A DNA stretch of 64,000 nt from Tubiluchus corallicola. Taxonomy: Eukaryota > Animalia > Priapulida. Position numbers and translations under genes: made by a program. Under the pieces are notes generated by a model that searched no databases, was not told the DNA's origin, and saw nothing but the letters and a program-made list of their open reading frames with translations. The number at the start of each line of letters is the position of its first letter. The first letter of the stretch is position 1. Of this stretch, positions 12,280-64,000 are shown in pieces. The stretch spans positions 1 to 64,000 of the forward strand of contig JAQGDQ010000560.1 in NCBI GenBank assembly GCA_030141605.1, given 5' to 3'.

Positions 12280-13739
12280 CGTGAATAACTTAATTTACAT
12301 CGCTACCGACGAACAGCTGTAATACTCGTCCTAAAAAGAATTCATGAAAAGTAGGTATAACAAATGAGATTAAAGAAAATCCTTGAAAAAACTTACACAG
12401 ATACAAAATAAAAAAATTACAGAGATGCGGTATAAATGTTATCTTCGTAGTCACTAGGGTGCATTTCTATTTAGCATAAGCTATGATATTTTTAAATCTA
12501 AAAAACTAGTTAACAAATTTGACATTAATCAACAGATTATGATTGTAGTTGCAATTAATAAACCATTTCTAGCAAAATGTGAGCAACTGCCTACAGATGG
12601 CAGCTCTGTATAGTATGTATTCGTGCCAATTGTGTGCTGCGCCCGTACATTATGTGCGTTGTAGAATTTTTTATTTTGTTTAATTTTTTTCCAATGTCGG
12701 AAAATAGCGTTTGGCTAATGTTATCTTTTGAAATTGAAACATTTCGACAACAAATAAAAATTTTACTAGTTTTTACTACTAGAGCTAGGTAACATTAATC
12801 GCCATCTGCAAACTCGAAAACGAAATTTCGTAAATGCCTGATCATTTTTTGCGACGTTGGCACCAACTTTATTTTTTTAAGTACGAAGTTGATTGTTATT
12901 TTCTTTACATCAGTGTGCAAATAAAAAGTAATCCTTCTATTCAAGCACTATTTCAGCAATGTTTTTGATTTCGTCACTCTAGGAACGCATTAAAAAAAGA
13001 ACCACCCAAACTGCAAACTAGCCAATTTCTCAACAACTGCATTATCATGGTAATGGCTAAAGTAAAGAGTTAAGAAAAGTAGACTGTGTGAACCAAGCAG
13101 ATTTCGAATTCGAGACCTAGAGATTTTCTTCAAATTCCTTAGCTCGTCAGCCTCAATGTTAAATTGTTATCGAGGAACAGACCGCAACAGTTGATTAATG
13201 TCTTGAACCAGGTATCGCAACACTTGTATAATGGTTGCCCTAGCATTAATCAACTGCTCGCACTGAAGCAGAAAAATTATACTCAACCATATGAAAATCG
13301 GGCTGAAACGGAGTTCACAATTATTATTATAAAATTACTAAACAGACGTTTTTAGAATCCATTTGCACATAAAAATTTAGCAACATATGTAAACGAATAA
13401 AACAGCAACAACATAAAAACAAAATCGCCAACAAAACAAGTCCACTTCAAGTAATAGCAAAAATCTTTTCTCAATTTTGGATGATTTCCTCGTTTCGCGA
13501 CGAGCCTTTCACGCAACTGCGGTAATCGTAAACCAAAGGAGTTCAATTATTTATTGGGGCACTATCAATATCTATCATAACATTAAGCTTTTGGCCCATA
13601 AGACAAAGAATACACTATAAACAATTAATGTTATAGCGAATGTTGTGGATCTCCGAGGAAGAAAGAAATGCAAAAAATGCATTTTTAGCAATATTGGAAA
13701 AGGAAATTCTTGTGAGGTAGACTGTAAACATAATAGAAA

Positions 13740-14340
13740 CAGCAAAGTTGTATGAAATAAATATAAATTGGAATTGGGAAGGGATTAAAACGGATAACCA
13801 ATTCTAAATTAAAGCAAAAAATAAAAGTAGATATAGTAAATATTTGAATACATTGCTAAAGAAAAGTGTCCGAAAATGAAAAAAACTGAGACTTATGAAA
13901 GATGCTATAGGAAGATGGAATGATTCAGTGGATTACGTAATTAAGTGTAAGCAAAAATAGTCTATGAAATAACAGAATGGAAACTGAATATGGTTTTAGT
14001 AAAAACAAATTTCAAAAATAGGTTTAAGAATAATCCAAAATGTTTTCTGTGTAAAATTCATGGTGGCACAACGGAACACTTACGGATGTTTGGGAAAGCA
14101 ATAAAAAATATATTGGGTGAAGAAGATATAGAGTTAGATTTAAAAACATTTAAAGCAGGAAAATTAGTAATGATCAATGATAGTATACAGAAAGTAATAA
14201 ACGTAAGACAGAAAATGGGTTTAGAAATAGAAATTTAGTATTATAATGTCTACACTAGGTTGTGGGTACAGCATGTTAAAAGTACAATTTTTGGCGCCCT
14301 ATTAGGACTTTCACTTTTCTGCTATACTTTTAGCCTACTA
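13740..14340 (+). mobile_element. Degenerate LINE ORF2 3' fragment
   Basis: LNMVLVKTNFKN...KCFLCK...TTEH zinc-knuckle-like tail of RTE-type elements. Confidence 0.55.
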
Positions 14341-15280
14341 ACGTAATTGTAGAAGAAAGGCCAGTATGATCAGCCTGACACACAAACAAGAGCTTTTGAC
14401 TTTTCAGATCAGGAAGATTTCTTTGTAAAAACAAGTTAGAATTTTCTAAGCCATAGCTGAAACTGCGTTTTCTATAATTATAACTTTAAGATTTGGGCAT
14501 TAAAAGCAAATTATAAAGCTGAATTTCACTTCAGTCTCTTTTCTGACTATAGGTAAAGATAAGATAAGATAAGAAAATAGTATTTAGTACTTCAAACCCA
14601 TGTTCTTTTTTGGTAATATTGAGATGCTTTTGTTAATCATTTGTTTACAAAAATTATCTTTTATAATACATAATTATGGCAACATCAGTTCATTTTCAGC
14701 AATTTCGGTAAGTGCTAGCCATAGTTATGCCCGAGGCACGCTTTCCGATGTTCAAATTCAAACATTTTGCCATTGATGTACAAGCGCCATGCTCATTCTG
14801 TTGTTTTGTACCTTTTCGTGGTAACTTGTGAAATGTTTCTAATAGAAAGAAGTTAAAAAATTCGTAAGGTAAGTCTTTGCTTTGACTTCGCTTTTACGGT
14901 ATAAACATTATAACAATTGTCGTTAAAACGCCACAAGTTTATTAAAACTTAATTTGCGTAGTTAAAAAATGACAAACATATAACCAATTTGTAAAGGCAG
15001 CGTACAGAATAGAACATTATGCACTAGTGTGTAATGCTCTGTACTATAGGCCCTGGCTGTACAAGCTGGTTGTATGTTTGCAAAAATTGACCACTGATGA
15101 CGACAGCAATAGCTCTGTTGACACACTTGACATCATTTTTTAAGTATAATTGCCTTTTTGGTGCCTGTAATAAAAAAGTAACAATTGTATTGTATGCTAA
15201 AAAGCTTAAAAAAGTGTCTAATTGATGATTGCTTAATGCAAAAAATTATATGCTTTCATTGCGTAACTTAGACTGACTGA

Positions 15281-16022
15281 GGCGCTATTACACTTTCGCA
15301 CCTCCTAGTTTCGTCTAGGTTATTACTCGTTTCTAGGCTCGTAGGTCATTATTCTATTATTCTCACGTCATCATTGAATGTTTCCGCTAATCTCCTGGTA
15401 ATTTACTCATATATTTAGTGTATAATTACCAATAATTACGTTGTATTCACAGTTGTACACTATACAGTTCGTATCTCCATCATGTTTGTGTGTGTAGTCA
15501 CGTGACGAATTTCGTACTAGTTTATGCATTATCAGGGCCTAGCTTAAAAGGCACGTGACACACTTTTATCTTAACTGCATTTACGAAATAAAGAAAAAAC
15601 CTTTATTTTATAATCTAATAATACTACAGTAATAAATAAAATTAGTGATAATTAACTGTAGTCTTCTAAAATAATTTCCTCGTATATGCCAGCTTGGGTC
15701 TCACTATACAGTGAAGAAGAAACAAAAAATTCGGGAAGTCTTTTGAAGAAAAGACAATGACTGACACAGGATTATAATGGCGTGTTAGTTTTATATACTC
15801 ATTATCACCACCATTATTGCAGTGTTCGTCATCACTACCACTATTCTGATACCATCGAAACAGTGAAGATACCGCGATAAATATTTCACATTAATATTTT
15901 TGAAGTAGCGGGGGAACACTGTAATACGATACAAACTCCCGTGGCTGCAACCAAAATAATCATAAATTATGCAAAAAAACTAGGCCAGAAAAAACTAGGA
16001 GGTACGAAAGTGTAATAGCACC
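15281..16022. mobile_element. MITE with about 31-bp TIRs and 8-bp TSD (Merlin-like, tentative)
   Basis: ctgactga|ggcgctattacactttcgcacctcctagttt ... aaactaggaggtacgaaagtgtaatagcacc|ctgactga. Confidence 0.85.
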
Positions 16023-16342
16023 CTGACTGAGTGCTTTGTATCAGGGATAGGCGCATCGACTAATTTCCTGATCTGCAAAATATTTGGTCCGCAAACTTGA
16101 AATCTGCAATCCTCTGAAAATCCGCATTTTGCTATTAACAGCAATTCGCAGCCACTTTACTAAATTAATTTAAATCCGTTGTCCGTTCTGATCCGCATCC
16201 TGCTTACATGGTTATTTTTAATTCAAGTTTAATAAAAATTTAAATAAAAACATTGTGCTTAGTTAAAAATGTAGATATTTATGCAGGGTCGTGAAATTTT
16301 TGATCCGCATCTGGTCCGTAATTCCTTATTTTCAATAGTACA

Positions 16343-16870
16343 TCCGGTCCAGTCCGCAAAAAATCTTGCGAATCTCGGTCTTGTACTCACTCAACCATTG
16401 AACACATGACTTTATAGTGAATGGTACAAAACATATTCTGGTGTCAAGTACAGGTAAACGATCAGTACCAAGAAACATCGGAATTGTTTGACCTAGATAA
16501 TCCTAGTAATACCTGTATTCATGTATCAGGTATAGGTAAGGGATGGTACCAAGTACATCTGATCCGGTCCGCAAAAAATCTTGCGAATCTCGGTCTTGTA
16601 CTCACTCAACCATTGAACACATGACTGTATAGTAAATGGTACAAAACATATTCTGGTGTCAAGTACAGGTAAAGGATCAGTACCAAGAAACATCGGAATT
16701 GTTTGACTTAGATAATCCTAGTAATACCTGTATTCATGTATCAGGTACAGGTAAACAATCAGTACCAAGAAACATCGGAATTGTTTGACCTAGATAATCC
16801 TAATAATACCTGTATTCATGTATCAGGTATAGGTAAGGGATCGGTACCAAGAACCATCGGAGTTGTTTGA
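16343..16870. repeat. Nested tandem duplication (215-bp unit x2 plus 82-bp subunit)
   Basis: gcaaaaaatcttgcgaatc at 16356 and 16571; atcagtaccaagaaacatcgg near 16461, 16676, 16758, 16840. Confidence 0.85.
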
Positions 16871-17003
16871 ATAAGATAACATTAGTAAATATATATAATA
16901 GCACCATGTAGAAATTACCATACGTAGCTTTATGAAGTCTTAGAGACATCTTTCCAGTCACTTGACAGGCTTTTTCTCGTGTGTTTTGCATGTTCTGTAG
17001 AGA

Positions 17004-17371
17004 ATGACTCATATGCATTTTAAAACACATTTGACTCAGTTAGTAGATGTGACCTCTGAAAGCTATTGTAATGTATACACAAAGAAGCATAATGCTGAGT
17101 TAAAGTGATACTAAAGTTTTAGTCATATGACTCATATGCATTCTAAAACATATTTGACTCAGTTCTTAGACGTGACCTCTAAAAGCTTTTGTCTTGTATA
17201 CACAAAGGAGCATAATGCTGAGTTAAAGTGATACTAAAGTTTTAGTCATATGACTCATATGCATTTTAAAACACATTTGACTCAGTTCGTAGACGTGACC
17301 TCTGAAAGCTATTGTCTTGTATACACAAATGAGCATAATGCTGAGTTTAAGTGATACTAAAGTTTTAGTCA
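17004..17371. repeat. 123-bp tandem repeat x3
   Basis: atgactcatatgcatt recurs every 123 bp. Confidence 0.9.
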
Positions 17372-17384
17372 TAATATGCATGAA

Positions 17385-17520
17385 TAATCTGCCCATATTA
17401 GAGATGAAGTTCATCTTGGAGTCACCATTACAAATGATACAAAACCTGCAACACCCATGTCAATGAAGGACAAAAAAGCAAATTCAATACTGGGTCTGGT
17501 CAATAAAGCTTTTGTTAGAA
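17385..17520 (+). mobile_element. CR1-like RT fragment
   Basis: HLGVTITND...KKANSILGLVNKAF resembles the CR1 DLGV...KKAN..LG.I.R.F motif. Confidence 0.55.
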
Positions 17521-17706
17521 GCTTTGTTAATAACAATTCACTGTGAAATAATGATTACTGGTCAATAAAGCTTTTGTTAGAAGCTTTGTTAATAACAATT
17601 CACTGTGAAATAATGATTATATATATTCAAAGTTCAACCAATAGTTCATTTTTATCTCTCTCCATTCTGAAAAATCCAATCATAGATATTAAATAGTTGG
17701 AAAGAG

Positions 17707-18648
17707 CAGTGGACTCTTGTATCTGAAATTGCTGGGGGTGCTGCTTCAGGAAATTTTTAGCCATTGTTTTATTACTGTGTAAAACGAAACAAACATATGT
17801 AATTTTGATGTTGTAATTGTAATTTTAAACAAACAAATTTGAAACAAACGTATGAAAATTTATAGATAAATTTGATAAAATCCTAAACAAAAATTATTGT
17901 TTGCTTACAAATAGCCTAAATAACAAATTTGAAACAAACGTATGAAAATTTATAGATAAATTTGATAAAATCCTAAACAAAAAATATTGTTTGCTTACGA
18001 ATAGCTTAAATAACAAATTTGAAACAAACGTATGAAAATTTATAGATAAATTTGATAAAATCCTAAACAAAAAATATTGTTTGCTTACGAATAGCTTAAA
18101 TTGCTTCAGTTCAAGAATATGCTGGTACACCGCTTTTAAGCAAGCAACAACTGACAACACACACTGCGTGAACGACAGTACTCTTTCTACTAAAGTGCAG
18201 CGTCGTATCTCAGACAAATTCAATATAGTAAGTCTTTTTCTGTAGTTCTTTCTTTATGCTTGTACGGAACTAGAGCACGTGAGGGTAGTCCTGTTTGCTT
18301 GACTGCCCAGCAGAGTGCGCTCCAGCAACATGGTGTTTGGCTGTTGTGTGCATGCGGCCGTGGAAAGTATGGTTGCTCACACAGTTTGTTGTCAGTTGTC
18401 ACATGCTTACCGTTAATGCATCAAGCTTTAACTGCAAAAAGTTAGGTTATTAGTAAGCAAAAAATATTTTGTTTAGGATTTTATCAAATTTATGCATAAA
18501 TTTCCGCATGTTTGTTTGTTTAAAATTACAATTACAAATTACAACATTGAAATTACATACGTTTGTTTCATTTTACACACTATTCAAATAATGGCTAAAA
18601 TTTTCTGAAGCTGCACCGCTACTAATTTTAGCTTTAAGTTGCCACTAT
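17707..18648. mobile_element. hAT-like element with long (about 200 bp) imperfect inverted ends and an internal 90-bp x3 repeat (17832-18100)
   Basis: 17707-17910 is the approximate reverse complement of 18454-18648; core shares sequence with 59962-60496. Confidence 0.75.
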
Positions 18649-18848
18649 TGTGTCGTGATATGTACCGTATCATGATTAGGTGTTTTGTCCTGGTTAAAAC
18701 AGTGTAAGATTTGATACGTTCTAAAAGATTTGTGGCTGGTACACTTATAGCGCCTGGAATGCACCGTTTTTTGCATTTGTTGTGCCGCAGGTCAAATGGA
18801 AATTGAGTACCTAGAGACATCTAGTGTTTTTTTTCCAGATTCGTAGAA

Positions 18849-62971
<44,123 letters not shown>

Positions 62972-63744
62972 TGTGACACTCAAGCGCTGGTTTTGCCTGA
63001 CAATCGAATGCAATTCCGCGATTTTAGAATCCATTGTTTGCTTAACAACTGATCATCGAGTTTGTATTAAAACATGGTGCTCATTGCTGCCTCATTTGTT
63101 GCTGACAGTTAGCAATCTCTCTGTGTACGCGTGTGACATTTCAATTTATGACCCGTTCTTAGTTGGTTCCGTTTGAATTGCAGTCTCGTTTGCGACCAAC
63201 CTGAAAAACTGTTAAGTACATTGTACTGCATAGTTATTGCATTAATAATTAACCAGCACCACCCTCGGCCCGTTCCCGTTCTCCACATCTCAGCCGTATA
63301 ACTTTTGCAAAAAACGGCCGAAAAATGGCCATTTTTGGAGGTTTTTTGCCCTCCCCCTTCCTCGCGGTGGGCCCCATTCGAAAAATAAACCATCAATGGC
63401 ACGACACTAGGTCGAGACCTTTCGTTTGATGTATAGATCGCCGCAAATGGTGCAATCGTCGAAGCTGTAGCCTCGAATCTTATATATGCATATATATATA
63501 TATATATATATATAGCAAGAATATTAATGTAATAGATAGTTAAAATAGGGGTTGAATGTACTCTAATTTGCTTTTGTGAAAGCCCAGTTACTTGTTTGGT
63601 TTCGATAGCTTGGTCGGCGAATCACAGTAGTTCCTCACTGGTTTCACATTTTGTATCTCTGTGAGCTAATGACATTTAGGCTTGAGGAAATGTTACCGTT
63701 TTCCTGTTTATGTTACACACTACCTGGCATTTGCATAGAGTGTA

Positions 63745-64000
63745 TATAATTCTTTGAAGGTGCATATGGAGTGTATGTGATTGCCATGAAGGTGTATATA
63801 GAGTGTATGTGATTCTTTGAAGGTGTGAATAGAGTGTATTTGATTGCCTTAAAGGTGTGAATAAAGTTTATGTGATTCCCTTGAAGGTGTGAATAGAGTG
63901 TATGTGATTGCCTTGAAGGTGTATATACAGTGCATGTGATTGCCTTGAAGGTGTATATAGAGTGTATGTGATTCTTTGAAGGTGTGAATAGAGTGTATGT
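63745..64000. repeat. 32-bp minisatellite running off the right edge
   Basis: tatgtgattgccttgaaggtgtatatagagtg, about 8 copies. Confidence 0.95.

Noticed and set aside
11840-12322. 160-aa plus-strand ORF (also 56244-56678 minus, 58905-59585 minus, and the 34569-35117 alternative frame)
   Set aside because: Shadow ORFs overlapping real exons or TE sequence.
15497-15560. E-box/CLEAR-like gtcacgtgac motifs as promoter elements
   Set aside because: They lie inside a MITE far from either ATG, with no evidence of function.
63280-63540. Possible Helitron/Helentron-type non-autonomous element ending in (TA)n
   Set aside because: General resemblance only; termini could not be defined from a single copy.

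Overview
AT-rich, intron-rich eukaryotic (invertebrate animal) genomic DNA, not prokaryotic. Two spliced genes are arranged head-to-head. (1) On the minus strand is the 5' part of a CCDC186-like coiled-coil gene: ATG at 12279, 8 coding exons, running off the left edge. (2) On the plus strand is an apparently complete germline piRNA-pathway-type gene (TDRD1/Vreteno/Veneno-like). I assembled it by hand from 22 GT-AG exons with consistent phases (18849-62971, 4323 nt, about 1440 aa): RRM, MYND zinc finger, Q/G-rich low-complexity linker, then five extended Tudor domains. Introns are packed with non-autonomous DNA transposons (hAT-, Kolobok-, PIF/Harbinger-, pogo/Tc1-, Merlin-like), LINE 3' fragments, 5S- and tRNA-derived pieces and many local tandem arrays (5-215 bp units). 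The most unusual details are a tandem array that duplicates a splice donor and creates frame-preserving candidate exons, a CCA-bearing tRNA-Phe retrocopy truncated next to position 37, and satellites growing out of transposon ends. Family assignments come from recalled motifs, not database searches. No CRISPR array was found.
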